Positions 1-13,501 of a DNA stretch of 64,000 nucleotides are shown here, in pieces. Within the stretch, counting starts at the first letter, position 1. Each line of letters starts with the position of its first letter. The position numbers and the translations under genes are program-made. The stretch comes from Candidatus Actinomarina sp. (GTDB lineage Bacteria > Actinomycetota > Acidimicrobiia > Actinomarinales > Actinomarinaceae). Location: positions 3,573-67,572 of the forward strand of contig JADHQS010000001.1 in assembly GCA_016777845.1 (NCBI GenBank), written 5' to 3'. A model generated the notes under the pieces. That model ran no database searches, was not told the DNA's origin, and was given only the letters and a program-made list of their open reading frames with translations.

Positions 1-479
1 TAAGGCGTGAATTAAAAAATGCTGGTGCTTCATTTAATGTAGTCAAAATGTCTTTAGCCAAAAGAGCAGCAGAAAATATTGGTCTAGATTCTTTAAATGA
101 TTATTTTTCTGGCCCTACTGGAGTGGCAGTAATTGAATCTGACCCTGTCGAAGCTGCAAAAGTCCTAAAAGAATTTTCAAAAGAAAACGAGGCCTTTGTA
201 GTTAAAGGTGGCTTGATGGATTCAGAACCATTAACTGTAGACCAATTAAATGTTCTAGCTGAAATTGAACCTAGAGATGTACTTCTAGCAAAAATTGCTG
301 GTGGCTTCAATGCACCATTGGTAAAAGTTGCTGCAGGTGCAAAAGCTGTGATCAACAAGGCTGGCTACGCATTAAGTGCTTTATTAGATAAAAAAGCAAG
401 TGAAAAAGAAGTTTCTGAAGCTACTGATTCCGTTAAAGAAGAAGTGGCTTCTGAAGAAGTTAAAAAAGAGGAGGAATAG
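1..479 (+). CDS. rplJ: 50S ribosomal protein L10 (5'-truncated by window edge), acidic C-terminal tail
   Basis: Frame open from position 3 (RRELKNAGASFNVVKMSL...GPTGVA...KGG); directly upstream of rplL. Confidence 0.95.
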   Translation, partial: RRELKNAGASFNVVKMSLAKRAAENIGLDSLNDYFSGPTGVAVIESDPVEAAKVLKEFSKENEAFVVKGGLMDSEPLTVDQLNVLAEIEPRDVLLAKIAGGFNAPLVKVAAGAKAVINKAGYALSALLDKKASEKEVSEATDSVKEEVASEEVKKEEE

Positions 480-482
480 CAA

Positions 483-866
483 ATGGCAAAAATGACAATT
501 GATGAGTTGCTTAGTGTCTTTGAGGAAATGACTGTCTTAGAACTAAAAGAGTTTTTAGATGCATTTGAAGAAAAATTTGATGTAACTGCCGCAGCCCCTG
601 TAGCTGTAGCTGCTGCACCAGCTGGTGGAGGAGATGATGCAGGAGCAGCAGAAAAAGATTCTTTTGATGTAGTTCTTTCAGATTCAGGATCACAAAAAAT
701 TCAAGTAATCAAGGAAGTAAGAGGTCTTACTAGTCTTGGACTTAAAGAAGCAAAAGAGCTTGTAGACAGTGCCCCATCAGATATTTTGAGTGGTGTTTCT
801 AAAGAAGATGCTGATAAAGCAAAAGAAGCTTTAGAAGGTGCTGGCGCTACTGTAGAACTAAAATAA
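483..866 (+). CDS. rplL: 50S ribosomal protein L7/L12
   Basis: Ala-rich hinge, [19 protein letters not shown]. Confidence 0.99.
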   Translation: MAKMTIDELLSVFEEMTVLELKEFLDAFEEKFDVTAAAPVAVAAAPAGGGDDAGAAEKDSFDVVLSDSGSQKIQVIKEVRGLTSLGLKEAKELVDSAPSDILSGVSKEDADKAKEALEGAGATVELK

Positions 867-882
867 TTTACTAATTATTTGT

Positions 883-910
883 TTGCTTAAATAATAAGAA
901 CTAATATACT
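883..910 (+). promoter_or_regulatory. Putative sigma70-type promoter for rpoBC
   Basis: TTGCTT (883-888), 16 bp, TATACT (905-910). Confidence 0.5.
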
Positions 911-949
911 CTATCTTTCGGGTAGCTGTTATTTAATTTTTGAGGAGGC

Positions 950-3900
950 TTGTTGTCCGCTGTTCAGAATTCTAGACTTTCATTTGCAAAAATTCCTAAA
1001 GTTCTAGATATTCCAGATTTATTAATTATACAAAAAGATTCTTTCAAGTGGTTTATTGAAGAGGGATTAAAAGAAATTTTAGATGAGATATCACCCATTG
1101 AAGATTTCTCTGGTAGATTCTCCTTAGAATTTCTAAATCATTACTTTGAAGAGCCATTAAAAACTCTTGAAGAATGTAAAATAACAGACTCTACTTATTC
1201 ACAACCTTTATATGTAACAGCTCAATTTTTAGATCGTGAAACTGGTCAAATAAAACAACAAACAGTTTTTCTTGGTGATTTTCCAATTATGTCGGATACT
1301 GGAACTTTTATAATCAATGGAACCGAAAGAGTTATTGTTAGTCAGTTAGTCAGGTCTCCTGGAGTTTATTTTTCTCAAGAGATTGATAAAACATCTGACA
1401 AGGAAGTTTTCATTGGCAAGATGATCCCCGGAAGAGGAGCATGGTTAGAGTTCGACACAGATAAAAGAGACACTCTTGGTGTAAGAGTTGATAGAAAAAG
1501 AAGACAGCACATCACTGGCTTTTTGATGGCCCTTGACGTTATTGAGAATAAAGAAGATGCTATAGAGTTATTAGGTGATTACCCGTCTGTAAGAAATACT
1601 ATTGAAAGAGATCCAGATACAACAAGGGAAGCAGCGCTTATAGATTTATACAGAAAACTACGACCAGGAGAACCTGCAACAGTTGAGTCTGCTAGGAACT
1701 TGGTAAAACAATTGTTCTATACCCCTAAAAGATATGACCTAACAAAAGTTGGTCGATACAAAGTTGAACAGAAGTTAGGAAGACAATACGGCGAAAAAGA
1801 TGCTGAATCGTATACAACTGAAGATGATGGAATGTTAAGAATTGAAGATATGATAGATTCTATTAAGTATGTCATCGCTCTACATGCAGGTGAAGACAGC
1901 TTTATTAATAATAAAGGCAGTGAAATTCCTGTTCGTCTAGATGATATTGATCACTTCGGAAATAGAAGAATTAGAACAGTTGGTGAACTAGTTCAAAATC
2001 AAGTAAGAGTAGGTCTTAGTAGATTAGAAAGAGTAGTTAGAGAGAGAATGACAACTCAAGAACCTGAAGCGATTACACCTCAGTCACTAATTAACATTCG
2101 TCCAATTCAAGCATCGTTAAAAGAATTTTTTGGAACAAGTCAATTAAGTCAGTTCATGGATCAACCAAATCCAATTGCAGGCTTAACCCACAGAAGAAGA
2201 CTATCAGCTTTAGGTCCAGGAGGCTTGTCAAGAGAAAGAGCAGGTTTTGAAGTTAGAGACGTCCACCCTTCACACTACGGTAGGATGTGTCCAATTGAGA
2301 CACCAGAAGGTCCAAATATTGGTCTAATAGGAACCCTTGCTACATATGGTCGAGTAAATAAATTTGGGTTTATCGAGACTCCATATTGGAAAGTTGAAAA
2401 TGGAGTTGTTAAAACTAATAAAGCAGTTTATTTAACTGCTGCTGAAGAGGATAATTTTACAATTGCACAGGCTAACGCTCCTTTAAATGATGATGGAACA
2501 TTCCAAAACAAGAAAGTTCTCTCCAGACAAAATGGAGGAGAAGTTGCATTCGTGTCAGACAAAGAGATAGATTTTATGGATGTCAGTCCTAAACAAATCT
2601 GCTCTGTCACCACTGCTCTTATCCCATTTCTTGAACATGATGACGCAAACAGAGCATTAATGGGATCAAACATGCAGAGACAAGCAGTCCCATTAGTTAA
2701 AACTGAAGCACCATATGTAGGAACTGGAATGGAAGAAAATGTTGCAAGAGATTCTGGCGAATCTCTTATTTCTAATATTTCCGGTACTGTTGAAGAAGTA
2801 TCCGGTGATGAAATCTCAGTTAAAGAAGAAGGAACTAATAAAAAATATAGATTTGAAGTTTTAAAATTTAAAAGGTCTAATCAGGCTACAAGTTGGAATC
2901 AAAAGCCACTTGTTAAAGTTGGAACAAAAGTTAAACCAGGGGATGTACTAGCTGATGGTCCAAGCACTCAAGGAGGAGAGTTAGCTCTTGGTAAGAATTT
3001 ACTTGTTGGATATATGCCTTGGGATGGATACAACTTTGAAGATTCAATTGTAGTATCTGAACGACTTGTAAAAGAAGATGTCTTAACTTCAGTACACATA
3101 GCTGAACATGAAATAGAAGCCCGTGATACAAAACTTGGTGAAGAAGAAATAACAAGAGATATTCCCAATGTAGCTGAAGAAGTTCTTATGGACTTAGATG
3201 AAATGGGAATTGTTAGAATTGGAGCCGAAGTATCACCAGGAGATTATCTTGTTGGGAAAGTTACCCCAAAGGGAGAAACTGAGTTAACACCTGAAGAAAG
3301 ACTTTTGAGAGCCATTTTTGGTGAAAAAGCAAGGGAAGTTAGAGACACCTCTTTGAGAGTTCCTCATGGTGAAAGAGGGAAAGTTATAGATGTTCAAATT
3401 TTGAAGCGTGATGATGGAGCTGATTTACCTCCAGGCGTTAATCAAAAAGTTAGAGTTTATGTCGCAATACAAAGAAAAATTCAAGTTGGTGACAAATTAT
3501 CTGGTAGGCATGGAAACAAAGGTGTTATATCAAAAATTCTCCCAATTGAAGACATGCCTTATATGGAAGATGGAACTCCTTTAGATATTATGCTTTCACC
3601 CTTAGGTGTTCCAAGCAGAATGAATCTTGGTCAAATTTTAGAGACACATCTTGGTTGGGCAGCTGATCAGGGTTGGAAAGAATACAAAGGGAATACAAAA
3701 GCATCTAGTGGTGCAAAACCTGGAACCCTTATTTCAACACCAGTATTTGATGGGGCAGATGAAGATGAAATACATGAAATTTTAAGAAATGTAAATCCAA
3801 ATAGAGATGGAAAATTGATGGTTGATGAAAATGGTAAAGCAACTCTTTATGATGGTCGCACAGGGGAGTCTTTTGATTCAAGAGTTACTGTTGGGTATAC

Positions 3901-4342
3901 ATATATATTGAAGCTTATTCACTTAGTTGATGAAAAAATTCATGCAAGATCAACTGGTCCTTATTCTATGATTACACAACAACCATTAGGAGGTAAGGCT
4001 CAATTTGGTGGACAAAGATTTGGAGAAATGGAAGTTTGGGCATTAGAAGCTTATGGTGCAAGTTACGCACTACAAGAACTTCTTACTATAAAATCTGATG
4101 ATACTGTAGGTAGGGTTAAGGTTTACGAATCAATAGTCAAGGGTGATAATATTCCCGAGCCCGGTATACCAGAGTCTTTCAAGGTTCTATTAAAAGAAAT
4201 GCAAAGTTTATGTTTAAATGTTGAAATTCTTTCAGCAGGTGAGGAAATTTCAATGAAAGATATAAGCGATGAATATGTAAAGACTGCAGAAACTTTAGGA
4301 ATTGATATGACAAGGCCAGAACAAGATGAGGCAGGGGTATAA
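950..4342 (+). CDS. rpoB: RNA polymerase beta subunit (TTG start at 950 or 953)
   Basis: [46 protein letters not shown]. Confidence 0.99.
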   Translation: MLSAVQNSRLSFAKIPKVLDIPDLLIIQKDSFKWFIEEGLKEILDEISPIEDFSGRFSLEFLNHYFEEPLKTLEECKITDSTYSQPLYVTAQFLDRETGQIKQQTVFLGDFPIMSDTGTFIINGTERVIVSQLVRSPGVYFSQEIDKTSDKEVFIGKMIPGRGAWLEFDTDKRDTLGVRVDRKRRQHITGFLMALDVIENKEDAIELLGDYPSVRNTIERDPDTTREAALIDLYRKLRPGEPATVESARNLVKQLFYTPKRYDLTKVGRYKVEQKLGRQYGEKDAESYTTEDDGMLRIEDMIDSIKYVIALHAGEDSFINNKGSEIPVRLDDIDHFGNRRIRTVGELVQNQVRVGLSRLERVVRERMTTQEPEAITPQSLINIRPIQASLKEFFGTSQLSQFMDQPNPIAGLTHRRRLSALGPGGLSRERAGFEVRDVHPSHYGRMCPIETPEGPNIGLIGTLATYGRVNKFGFIETPYWKVENGVVKTNKAVYLTAAEEDNFTIAQANAPLNDDGTFQNKKVLSRQNGGEVAFVSDKEIDFMDVSPKQICSVTTALIPFLEHDDANRALMGSNMQRQAVPLVKTEAPYVGTGMEENVARDSGESLISNISGTVEEVSGDEISVKEEGTNKKYRFEVLKFKRSNQATSWNQKPLVKVGTKVKPGDVLADGPSTQGGELALGKNLLVGYMPWDGYNFEDSIVVSERLVKEDVLTSVHIAEHEIEARDTKLGEEEITRDIPNVAEEVLMDLDEMGIVRIGAEVSPGDYLVGKVTPKGETELTPEERLLRAIFGEKAREVRDTSLRVPHGERGKVIDVQILKRDDGADLPPGVNQKVRVYVAIQRKIQVGDKLSGRHGNKGVISKILPIEDMPYMEDGTPLDIMLSPLGVPSRMNLGQILETHLGWAADQGWKEYKGNTKASSGAKPGTLISTPVFDGADEDEIHEILRNVNPNRDGKLMVDENGKATLYDGRTGESFDSRVTVGYTYILKLIHLVDEKIHARSTGPYSMITQQPLGGKAQFGGQRFGEMEVWALEAYGASYALQELLTIKSDDTVGRVKVYESIVKGDNIPEPGIPESFKVLLKEMQSLCLNVEILSAGEEISMKDISDEYVKTAETLGIDMTRPEQDEAGV

Positions 4343-4344
4343 AT

Positions 4345-7300
4345 ATGGACAAAGTTTTTGATGAGTTAAGTATTAGTCTTGCCACCACAGATCAAATGAG
4401 AAGCTGGTCATTTGGCGAAGTGAAAAAACCAGAAACAATTAACTATAGAACTTTAAAGCCTGAAAAAGACGGCCTATTTGATGAAAGAATTTTTGGACCA
4501 ACAAAAGATTGGGAATGTTCATGTGGAAGATACAAAAGAATCAGATACAGAGGAATTGTATGCGAAAGATGTGGTGTTGAGGTAACCAGACGTGAAGTAA
4601 GAAGAGAGAGAATGGGGCACATAGAACTCGCAGCACCTGTTACTCATATTTGGTACTTTAAAGGAGTTCCAAGTAGATTAGGTTATTTCTTAGATATGTC
4701 TCCAAAAGAGTTAGAGAAAGTAATCTATTTCGCTGCATATCTAGTTGTCTCCATTGATTCTAAAAAACGAACAAAAGATTTAGCTGAACTTGAAGAAGCT
4801 GTTGTAGCCGAAGTAGAGATAGTTAATGAAGATTTTGAAGAATGGGAACAGAAAAGAATTAAACAGATGGATACTGAAATTAAAGCTATGGAAAATGCAA
4901 AAATTCCTGAGCCAGAAATTCAAATTAGAAAAAAAGAAGTTGAAAAAGAAATAAAACAAAAAAAAGCTAAGTCAGATGCAGAAATTAAAGTTATCGAAGA
5001 AGCATTTTCCACTTTAAAGACACTCAAGCCAAAAACGCTAATAGAAAATGATACGTTATGGCGTGAAATGATTGACAAATATGATGAGTATTTTACTGGT
5101 GGCATGGGAGCAGAAGCAGTAAGAGAGTTAGTACAGCATGTTGACTTAAAAGCTGAAATGGAAAAATTAGAGACTGACTTAGATTCTAAGTCAGCTCAAA
5201 GACGACAACGAGCTATACAACGTATGAAAGTTATTAAGCCTTTCGCAGATGGAAAAAACCCTCCTGAAGCAATGATTCTTGAAGTAGTTCCTGTCATTCC
5301 TCCTGAACTTCGTCCAATGGTTCAGTTAGATGGTGGTAGATTTGCCACTTCAGATCTTAATGACTTATACAGAAGATTAATTAACAGAAACAATAGGTTG
5401 AAGAAGCTTATTGAGCTTGGAGCACCGGACATAATTATCAGCAATGAAAAAAGAATGTTGCAAGAGTCTGTTGATGCGTTATTTGATAATGGTAGAAGAG
5501 GACGTGCTGTTGCAGGCGCAGGTGGACGTGGTCTTAAGTCACTTTCAGATATGCTTAAAGGAAAACAGGGAAGGTTCCGTCAAAACCTACTTGGTAAAAG
5601 AGTTGATTACTCAGCAAGGTCTGTAATTGTTGTTGGCCCTCATTTAGAACTACAACAATGCGGGCTTCCTAAAATGATGGCTTTAGAGTTATTTAAACCG
5701 TTTGTGATGAAGAGACTTGTTGAGCTTGGGCTTGCTCAAAATATTAAATCAGCAAAAAGAATGGTTGAAAGATCAAGAGCTCAAGTCTGGGATGTATTAG
5801 CTGAAGTAATTGAAGAACATCCAGTTTTATTAAATAGGGCACCTACTTTACATAGGCTTGGTATTCAGGCATTTGAACCAATCCTTGTAGAAGGCAAAGC
5901 TATTCAAGTGCATCCTTTGGTTTGTGAGGCATTCAATGCTGATTTTGATGGTGACCAAATGGCAGTCCATGTTCCACTATCAGCAGAAGCTCAAGCTGAA
6001 GCTAAAGTTCTCATGCTATCTACTAATAATGTTTTGTCACCAGCTTCCGGAAATCCTATTGTTTCTCCAAGCCAAGACATGGTTATTGGTCTTTATTACA
6101 TTACTGAATGTCATGAAGATTTAGAAAGTGCAAAATTTAACTTTGTTGATTTTAATGAAGCTCAAATTGCTTATGAAAGTGGACATATTGGGTTGCAAAC
6201 ACCAATTAATGTAAGGGTTGGAGATTTGGCTGGTGATCCAGAAATGCACTCTGAATTAAAAGGAAGGTTCTCAGAACTATTAACCGATCAGCCAATTGAG
6301 GGCAACAAGTTAACGAAAACTACTCTTGGTAGATTGCATTTCAATTCCATCATGCCTACTGATTTTCCATACATCCAAGCTTCTGTTAGAAAACCAGAAA
6401 TGAAAAAAATAATTTCTGAAATTATTGAGCGTTACAATAAAGCAGAACTCAGAATATTTTTAGACTCGATGAAATCTGTAGGCTTTACGTTTGGTGCCAA
6501 ATCTGGTTTGACTGTTGCTATGAATGATGTAAAAACACCTCCAAGTAAAAACCAAATACTAGAAAAATATGAATCAGAAGCTGAGAAGGTTGAAAAATTA
6601 TATTTAGATGACATTATCACTGAAACTGAGCGTAAGCAAAAAATTATTGAGATATGGAATGAGGCCACAGATCAAGTTCAATATGCTATGAGTGCTGAGC
6701 TCGAAGCTGAACAGTTCAATCCAGTAGACATGATGGTTAAGTCCGGTGCTCGAGGAAATATGATGCAAGTAAGGCAATTAGCAGGAATGAGAGGCTTAGT
6801 TGCAAACCCTAAAGGTGACATAATTGAAAGACCTATAAAAAGTAACTTCAGGGAAGGTATGTCAGTACTTGAATATTTCATATCTACTCATGGTGCTAGA
6901 AAAGGTCTCGCTGATACAGCTTTAAGAACTGCAGACTCAGGTTATCTAACAAGAAGATTAGTAGATGTTGCTGCAGGAATTGTAGTTAAGGATATAGGCG
7001 ATGAAAATATTGATTGGCGTGGTACTAACAAAAAAGTTGTTATTGATGGAAAGTTGAGTAGATACTTACACTCAACATTGTATAGCCGTGTTTTAGCTGA
7101 AGATATAAAGATAGACAAAAAAGTATTTGAAATGGAAAACGGCACAAAGCTTACTAAAGGTACTTACATTGATGCTGAAGTCCTTGATGGGATAGCAAAG
7201 TCTGGCATAAAAGATGTTAATGTGCTGACTCCATTTAACTCTCTAGATCCAGAATCAATGGATCCTTTATGTTATGGATTTAGCTTGGCAACAGGAAAAC

Positions 7301-8259
7301 CAGTTGAAGTTGGTGAAGCAGTAGGGATAATTTCTGCACAGTCTATTGGTGAGCCTGGAACACAATTAACAATGAGAACCTTCCATACAGGTGGAGTTGT
7401 AGGTTTGGATATTACATCTGGATTACCAAGGATTGTGGAATTATTTGAAGCAAGAACTCCTAAAGGAAAAGCTGTGCTTTCTCCGATACAAGGGAAAGTT
7501 AAATCTGTAGAAGTAACACCTGAAGGCAACAGAAATGTAACTATAGGAAATGAAAAAGAAGATGTAGAATTACTTGTCTTAAGAAGACAGACCTTACTTG
7601 CTAACCAAGGAGATTCGGTTGAAGCTGGGCAGTCTTTGACAACAGGACCTAAAGATCCAAAAGAAGTTTTACAAATTAATGGTGTAAGAACTTGTCAAGA
7701 ATACTTGGTTGGCGAAGTCCAAAAGACTTATAGAGATCAAGGAGTTGAGGTTCATGACAAGCATGTTGAAATGATAGTTCGCCAAATGTTAAGAAGGGTA
7801 AGGATTGTTAAATCAAACAATTCAGACTTTTTACCAAATGAACTTGTTGATTCAACATTATTTAGAAAGACTAATCAAGAGTTAGTCAAAGAGGGAAAAA
7901 TTCCTGCTGAAGGAAGACCTGAGCTTATGGGTATCACAAAAGCTAGCCTTGCAACAGACTCCTGGTTATCAGCAGCGTCTTTCCAAGAAACTACAAGAGT
8001 ACTCACTGAAGCCGCAATGAAGAGAAGTACAGATTCTCTTGCTGGCTTAAAAGAGAATGTTATTATTGGAACACTGATTCCTGCCGGAACTGGTTCCGAT
8101 GCTTATCAAAGTATGAAACCTTCTCTTCCAAATGCTCCTGAAGTTTCTAAATTAGGATTTATGGCTTCAACTTCTGAGGACTCAGAAGACGAAGCATTGC
8201 CAAATCCTGCACAATGGCTAGCTATGTTAGGTGATGAAAATGAAGTGGAGGATGAGTAA
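4345..8259 (+). CDS. rpoC: RNA polymerase beta' subunit
   Basis: [13 protein letters not shown]-terminal Zn ribbon CSC..CERC, actinobacterial-type coiled-coil insertion. Confidence 0.99.
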   Translation: MDKVFDELSISLATTDQMRSWSFGEVKKPETINYRTLKPEKDGLFDERIFGPTKDWECSCGRYKRIRYRGIVCERCGVEVTRREVRRERMGHIELAAPVTHIWYFKGVPSRLGYFLDMSPKELEKVIYFAAYLVVSIDSKKRTKDLAELEEAVVAEVEIVNEDFEEWEQKRIKQMDTEIKAMENAKIPEPEIQIRKKEVEKEIKQKKAKSDAEIKVIEEAFSTLKTLKPKTLIENDTLWREMIDKYDEYFTGGMGAEAVRELVQHVDLKAEMEKLETDLDSKSAQRRQRAIQRMKVIKPFADGKNPPEAMILEVVPVIPPELRPMVQLDGGRFATSDLNDLYRRLINRNNRLKKLIELGAPDIIISNEKRMLQESVDALFDNGRRGRAVAGAGGRGLKSLSDMLKGKQGRFRQNLLGKRVDYSARSVIVVGPHLELQQCGLPKMMALELFKPFVMKRLVELGLAQNIKSAKRMVERSRAQVWDVLAEVIEEHPVLLNRAPTLHRLGIQAFEPILVEGKAIQVHPLVCEAFNADFDGDQMAVHVPLSAEAQAEAKVLMLSTNNVLSPASGNPIVSPSQDMVIGLYYITECHEDLESAKFNFVDFNEAQIAYESGHIGLQTPINVRVGDLAGDPEMHSELKGRFSELLTDQPIEGNKLTKTTLGRLHFNSIMPTDFPYIQASVRKPEMKKIISEIIERYNKAELRIFLDSMKSVGFTFGAKSGLTVAMNDVKTPPSKNQILEKYESEAEKVEKLYLDDIITETERKQKIIEIWNEATDQVQYAMSAELEAEQFNPVDMMVKSGARGNMMQVRQLAGMRGLVANPKGDIIERPIKSNFREGMSVLEYFISTHGARKGLADTALRTADSGYLTRRLVDVAAGIVVKDIGDENIDWRGTNKKVVIDGKLSRYLHSTLYSRVLAEDIKIDKKVFEMENGTKLTKGTYIDAEVLDGIAKSGIKDVNVLTPFNSLDPESMDPLCYGFSLATGKPVEVGEAVGIISAQSIGEPGTQLTMRTFHTGGVVGLDITSGLPRIVELFEARTPKGKAVLSPIQGKVKSVEVTPEGNRNVTIGNEKEDVELLVLRRQTLLANQGDSVEAGQSLTTGPKDPKEVLQINGVRTCQEYLVGEVQKTYRDQGVEVHDKHVEMIVRQMLRRVRIVKSNNSDFLPNELVDSTLFRKTNQELVKEGKIPAEGRPELMGITKASLATDSWLSAASFQETTRVLTEAAMKRSTDSLAGLKENVIIGTLIPAGTGSDAYQSMKPSLPNAPEVSKLGFMASTSEDSEDEALPNPAQWLAMLGDENEVEDE

Positions 8260-8278
8260 AAAACTTATAAAAATAAGG

Positions 8279-8307
8279 TTGTTGTAAGTTTAAATTCGTC
8301 ATATACT
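8279..8307 (+). promoter_or_regulatory. Putative promoter of str operon
   Basis: TTGTTG, 17 bp, TATACT. Confidence 0.5.
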
Positions 8308-8352
8308 TCTTTTTCGGTAAGCCAAATAAGTAAATTTTAGATTGGAATAACT

Positions 8353-8721
8353 ATGCCTACAACGCAACAGTTGATAAGAAAAGGTAGAAAGTCTAAAGTG
8401 TCAAAAGAAAAGACACCTGGACTAAAAGGATCGCCTCAACGTAGAGGGGTGTGTACTCGCGTGTACACTGTTACTCCAAAAAAACCAAACTCTGCTTTAC
8501 GTAAAGTTTGTAGAGTAAGGCTTTCAACAGGTACAGAAGTGACCGCTTATATACCTGGTGAGGGTCATAACCTACAAGAACACTCAATAGTTTTAGTTAG
8601 AGGTGGAAGAGTGAAAGACTTACCTGGTGTGAGATATAAAGTTATCAGAGGTGCTTTGGACACTGCTGGGGTGACAGATAGAAAACAAGCTAGATCTAGG
8701 TATGGAAGTAAAAAGGGCTAA
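8353..8721 (+). CDS. rpsL: 30S ribosomal protein S12
   Basis: [19 protein letters not shown]. Confidence 0.99.
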   Translation: MPTTQQLIRKGRKSKVSKEKTPGLKGSPQRRGVCTRVYTVTPKKPNSALRKVCRVRLSTGTEVTAYIPGEGHNLQEHSIVLVRGGRVKDLPGVRYKVIRGALDTAGVTDRKQARSRYGSKKG

Positions 8722-8725
8722 GTAA

Positions 8726-9193
8726 ATGAGAAGAGGACCATCACTTAAAAGAAAACCAAAACCTGACCCGATTTACAACAGTTTGTTGGTCTCTCAACTT
8801 ATAAATCAAGTTTTACTTGATGGTAAAAAAGATTTGGCTAGCAATATTGTTTATTCCGCACTAGAGCTTGTTGAAAAGCAAACTGGTTCAGACCCAATAA
8901 ACACATTAAAAGATGCTTTTGAAAATGTCAGGCCTCAAATAGAAACAAAATCCAGAAGAGTTGGTGGAACAAACTACCAGGTACCTATGGAAGTTCCTCA
9001 AAGAAGAAGTACAACTTTAGCAATACGCTGGATGGTAGATTCCTCTAGAAAAAGAGGTGAAAACACAATGCATGAAAGACTAGGAAGAGAAATTTTAGAT
9101 GCCAGTAATAAAACTGGTGCTTCAGTCAAAAAAAGAGAAGATGTTCATAAAATGGCAGAGTCAAATAGAGCCTTTGCTCACTACAGGTGGTAA
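8726..9193 (+). CDS. rpsG: 30S ribosomal protein S7
   Basis: [25 protein letters not shown]. Confidence 0.99.
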   Translation: MRRGPSLKRKPKPDPIYNSLLVSQLINQVLLDGKKDLASNIVYSALELVEKQTGSDPINTLKDAFENVRPQIETKSRRVGGTNYQVPMEVPQRRSTTLAIRWMVDSSRKRGENTMHERLGREILDASNKTGASVKKREDVHKMAESNRAFAHYRW

Positions 9194-9196
9194 TCA

Positions 9197-11284
9197 ATGA
9201 CTAGAGAAGTAGATTTAAACAATTTAAGAAACATTGGAATTATGGCTCATATTGATGCCGGTAAAACAACTCTTACTGAAAGAATCTTGTATTACACAGG
9301 TAAAACCTACAAGATTGGTGAAGTCCATGATGGAGCCGCTGTTATGGATTGGATGGAGCAAGAACAAGAACGAGGTATTACTATTACCTCAGCTGCAACT
9401 ACATGTAGTTGGAACAAGCACACTATTAATATAATTGATACACCTGGCCACGTTGATTTTACTGTCGAAGTTGAAAGATCTTTAAGGGTTCTTGATGGTG
9501 CAGTTGCAGTATTTGATGGTGTAGCTGGAGTTGAGCCGCAGTCAGAAACTGTTTGGAGACAGGCAGACAAATATAATGTTCCAAGGATTTGCTTTATAAA
9601 TAAATTAGACCGAACTGGTGCAGATTTTAATTTTGATGTTCAATCAATCATAGACAGGTTAGAAGCGAAGCCAGCAGTTCTCCATATTCCAATTGGGTCT
9701 GAAGCAGATTTTGTTGGTGTTATTGATTTAGTAGAAATGAAATCTCACACATGGTCTAAAGATGACGGTTCTGAGTGGGACATAACAGATATTGCTGAAG
9801 ACATGCTAGAGGAAGCAAATACAAAAAGACAAGAGCTTCTAGATGTAGTAGCTGAAGCAGACGATGATGTATTAGAAAAATACTTTGCTGATGAAGAGCT
9901 CACTGTTGAAGATATCAAAAAAGCTATTAGAAAAGGTACTTTAGGGGGCATGTTTGTTCCAGTACTTGCTGGAAGTGCATTCAAAAATAAAGGAGTTCAG
10001 CTTCTACTTGATGCTGTTGTTGATTATTTACCATCACCTCTTGATATCGAAGATGTAACAGGTTTTAAACCTGGAGATGAAGAAAATGAGATTTCAAGAT
10101 CTCACAGTGATGAAGAGCCATTTTCTGCATTAGCTTTCAAAGTAGTTAGCGATCCACATGTAGGTAAGCTTACATATTTTAGAGTCTACTCAGGAACTCT
10201 TAACAAAGGGGACAAAGTTACCAACACTACAACAGGAAAAGAAGAGAGATTAGGAAGAATTTTAAGAATGCATTCCAACTCTAGAGAAGATATAGATTTT
10301 ATTTGCACAGGAGACATTGTTGCAGGTGTTGGCTTAAAGAATGCTAAAACTGGAGATACCTTATCAGACTCATCGCAACTTATTCAACTAGAGTCAATGA
10401 CTTTTCCTGAGCCTGTTATTTCTGTAGCTATTGAGCCTAAATCAAAAGCTGATGAAGAAAAATTATCAGAAGGTTTACAAAAACTAGCTGAGGAAGATCC
10501 AACTTTCCGTGTTCAATCTGATGAAGAAACTGGACAAACAATTATATCTGGAATGGGTGAATTACATTTAGACATCTTAGTTGATAGATTAAAGAGAGAA
10601 TTTAAAGTTGAAGCAAATATTGGAAAACCTCAAGTAGCTTATCGAGAGGCTTTAAAGAAGAAAACAGATGTAGAAGCAAAATATATAAGACAAAGTGGTG
10701 GTCGTGGTCAATATGGTCACGTAATTATGGAACTAGAACCTATTGAAGATGGGTATGAATTTGTAGATTTAATCAAAAGCGGAAGAATACCTAAAGAATA
10801 TATACCTTCTGTAAATGCAGGAGTTGAAGCTGCAATGGAAACTGGAGTTCTAGCTGGATATCCATTAGTAAATATAAGAGCAACCCTTAAGGATGGAACT
10901 TATCATGACGTTGACTCTTCAGAAATGGCTTTTAAAATTGCTGGATCAATGGCACTTAAAGATGGTGCAAAAAAAGCTGGTGTTAAATTGCTCGAACCAG
11001 TTATGACTGTAGAGGTGGTAACACCAGAAGATTTCATGGGAGATGTTGTCGGAGATCTTTCCTCAAGAAGAGGAAAGATAGCTGAAATGGGGCAAAGAGG
11101 ATCTGCAAAGGTTGTCAATGCTAAAGTACCGTTATCAGAAATGTTTGGATACGCAACTGATTTGCGTTCTCGAACTCAAGGCCGTGCAACATTTACGATG
11201 CAGTTTGATAGTTATGAAGACGTACCAGACAGCATAACTAAAGAAATAACTGCGAGTATTCGTGGAGTAGAGGTAGAAGTTTAA
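9197..11284 (+). CDS. fusA: Elongation factor G
   Basis: [21 protein letters not shown]; str operon. Confidence 0.99.
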   Translation: MTREVDLNNLRNIGIMAHIDAGKTTLTERILYYTGKTYKIGEVHDGAAVMDWMEQEQERGITITSAATTCSWNKHTINIIDTPGHVDFTVEVERSLRVLDGAVAVFDGVAGVEPQSETVWRQADKYNVPRICFINKLDRTGADFNFDVQSIIDRLEAKPAVLHIPIGSEADFVGVIDLVEMKSHTWSKDDGSEWDITDIAEDMLEEANTKRQELLDVVAEADDDVLEKYFADEELTVEDIKKAIRKGTLGGMFVPVLAGSAFKNKGVQLLLDAVVDYLPSPLDIEDVTGFKPGDEENEISRSHSDEEPFSALAFKVVSDPHVGKLTYFRVYSGTLNKGDKVTNTTTGKEERLGRILRMHSNSREDIDFICTGDIVAGVGLKNAKTGDTLSDSSQLIQLESMTFPEPVISVAIEPKSKADEEKLSEGLQKLAEEDPTFRVQSDEETGQTIISGMGELHLDILVDRLKREFKVEANIGKPQVAYREALKKKTDVEAKYIRQSGGRGQYGHVIMELEPIEDGYEFVDLIKSGRIPKEYIPSVNAGVEAAMETGVLAGYPLVNIRATLKDGTYHDVDSSEMAFKIAGSMALKDGAKKAGVKLLEPVMTVEVVTPEDFMGDVVGDLSSRRGKIAEMGQRGSAKVVNAKVPLSEMFGYATDLRSRTQGRATFTMQFDSYEDVPDSITKEITASIRGVEVEV

Positions 11285-11323
11285 GCCTTAAGAGGTTTAA
11301 ATTTTAACAAAAAAGGAGAAAAT

Positions 11324-12508
11324 ATGTCAAAGGAAAAATTTGACCGAAGCAAGCCTCATGTGAACGTCGGTACAATGGGACACATTGACCACGGTAAAAC
11401 CACATTGACGGCCGCTATTACAAAAGTCTTATCTGAAGCTGGTGGAGGAGTAGCTACTGCTTTTGAAGATATTGACAAAGCCCCTGAAGAGAGGGAAAGA
11501 GGAATCACAATTCAGATAGCTCACGTTGAGTATGAAACTGAAAATAGGCATTATGCTCACGTAGATATGCCTGGTCACGCTGATTATGTAAAAAACATGA
11601 TTACCGGTGCCGCACAGGTTGATGGAGCAATTTTGGTTGTTTCTGCAGCTGATGGTCCTATGCCACAAACGAGAGAACACGTTCTACTTGCTAGGCAAGT
11701 AGGTGTACCAGCTATTGCAGTATTCCTTAACAAAGTCGATCAAGTTGATGATGATGAACTTTTAGATCTTGTAGAGATGGAAGTAAGAGAATTATTAAAC
11801 GAATATGACTTTCCAGGAGATGATGTCCCTGTAGTTAAAGGATCAGCACTTGCTGCTCTTGAAGGAAAAGAAGAAGGCGTCAATGCTGTTAAAGAATTAA
11901 TGGATCAAGTTGATGCTTACATAGAAGAACCAATAAGAGATGTTGACAAACCGTTTTTGATGCCTGTTGAAGACGTATTCTCCATTACTGGTAGAGGTAC
12001 TGTTGTAACAGGTAGAATTGAACAAGGTATTGTTAACGTAAACGAAGAAGTCGAAATTGTTGGAATTAGAGAAACATCTAAATCAGTCTGTACTGGTGTT
12101 GAGATGTTCAGAAAACTTCTTGATGAAGGTAGAGCAGGTGACAACGTCGGTCTTCTCTTACGTGGAGTTGATAAAGAGGATGTTGAAAGAGGACAGGTTA
12201 TTGCAAAACCTGGCTCAATTACACCTCATACAAAGTTTGAGGCAGAAGTTTATGTTCTTACAAAAGAAGAAGGTGGAAGACACAATCCATTTTTCAAAGG
12301 ATATAGACCACAATTCTATTTCAGAACTACTGACGTTACTGGTGAAGTAACTCTAAGTGAAGGTACTGAAATGGTTATGCCTGGTGACAACGTTTCTATC
12401 TCTGTAGAACTCATTTCTCCAATTGCAATGGAAGAAGGAGTGAAGTTCGCAATTAGAGAAGGTGGTAGAACTGTTGGAGCTGGTCAGGTGACAAAAGTTA
12501 TCGAGTAA
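11324..12508 (+). CDS. tuf: Elongation factor Tu
   Basis: [27 protein letters not shown]. Confidence 0.99.
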   Translation: MSKEKFDRSKPHVNVGTMGHIDHGKTTLTAAITKVLSEAGGGVATAFEDIDKAPEERERGITIQIAHVEYETENRHYAHVDMPGHADYVKNMITGAAQVDGAILVVSAADGPMPQTREHVLLARQVGVPAIAVFLNKVDQVDDDELLDLVEMEVRELLNEYDFPGDDVPVVKGSALAALEGKEEGVNAVKELMDQVDAYIEEPIRDVDKPFLMPVEDVFSITGRGTVVTGRIEQGIVNVNEEVEIVGIRETSKSVCTGVEMFRKLLDEGRAGDNVGLLLRGVDKEDVERGQVIAKPGSITPHTKFEAEVYVLTKEEGGRHNPFFKGYRPQFYFRTTDVTGEVTLSEGTEMVMPGDNVSISVELISPIAMEEGVKFAIREGGRTVGAGQVTKVIE

Positions 12509-12516
12509 TAAAAATT

Positions 12517-12551
12517 AACCGGGAGTAGACTTCATACTCCCGGTTTTTTTT
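12517..12551 (+). terminator. Intrinsic terminator-like hairpin between tuf and rpsJ
   Basis: AACCGGGAGTA-gacttca-TACTCCCGGTT running into a T8 tract. Confidence 0.8.
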
Positions 12552-12560
12552 GAGGAAAAA

Positions 12561-12872
12561 ATGGCAAAAGGACAACAAATTAGAATAAAGCTTAAAGCTT
12601 ACGACAACTATGTTGTTGATGAATCTGCACGTAAAATTGCTGAAACAGTTCTAAAAACACAAGCAAAAGTTAAAGGTCCTGTGCCATTACCAACTCAAAT
12701 ACATAGATACTGTGTAATTAGGTCGCCTCACGTAGATAAAAAGTCTCGTGAACATTTTGAAATGAGAATTCATAAGCGACTAATTGATATAGTTGAACCA
12801 ACCCCAAAGACTGTCGACTCTCTTATGAGACTTGATCTACCAGCAGGCGTTGAAGTAGAGATTAAATTATGA
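12561..12872 (+). CDS. rpsJ: 30S ribosomal protein S10
   Basis: [21 protein letters not shown]. Confidence 0.99.
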   Translation: MAKGQQIRIKLKAYDNYVVDESARKIAETVLKTQAKVKGPVPLPTQIHRYCVIRSPHVDKKSREHFEMRIHKRLIDIVEPTPKTVDSLMRLDLPAGVEVEIKL

Positions 12873-13501
12873 ACACTTTAATAGCCAGAAAAGTTGGTAT
12901 GACTCAGATATTTGATGAAAACTCCAAAGCTCTAGGAGTAACTGTTCTAGATGTTTCAGATTGTAGAGTAGTTCAGATTAAAAACAATGAATTAGATGGA
13001 TACAGCGCAGTACAGCTTACAATAGGAACCAAAAAAAATTCTACCAAACCTCTCCAAAATCATTTTAAAAAATATAATTCTGAACCAGGCGAAATTGTTT
13101 TAGAAGTTGAAGTTGATGAAAGTTTTGAATTAGATCCTGGGGCAGTAGTGAAAGTTTCAGACGTATTTGAGATTGGACAGAAAGTAGACATTTCTGGAAT
13201 TTCAAAAGGAAAAGGATTCGCTGGAGTAATGAAAAGACATAATTTTTCAGGTCAAAAAGCTAGTCACGGTGTTCATAAAGTTCATAGAGCAGGTGGTTCT
13301 ATTGGTAATGCTTCATATCCAGGCCATGTATTTAAAGGTCAAAAAATGGCTGGAAGAATGGGAAATGAAAAGTCAACGATTCAATCAGTCACAATTGTTG
13401 GTCTCAATGAAGAAAAAAATTATTTATTGGTAAACGGTTCAGTGCCTGGCAACAAGGGAAACATTGTAAAAATTCAAAAAGCTGTAAAGGTTAAGCAATG
13501 A
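12869..13501 (+). CDS. rplC: 50S ribosomal protein L3
   Basis: [21 protein letters not shown]. Confidence 0.99.
   Translation: MNTLIARKVGMTQIFDENSKALGVTVLDVSDCRVVQIKNNELDGYSAVQLTIGTKKNSTKPLQNHFKKYNSEPGEIVLEVEVDESFELDPGAVVKVSDVFEIGQKVDISGISKGKGFAGVMKRHNFSGQKASHGVHKVHRAGGSIGNASYPGHVFKGQKMAGRMGNEKSTIQSVTIVGLNEEKNYLLVNGSVPGNKGNIVKIQKAVKVKQ

Noticed and set aside
2125..2230. Possible intrinsic rifampicin resistance in RpoB (DQPNPIAG)
   Set aside because: Key residues equivalent to Q513, D516, H526 and S531 are unchanged; the other differences cannot be interpreted from sequence alone
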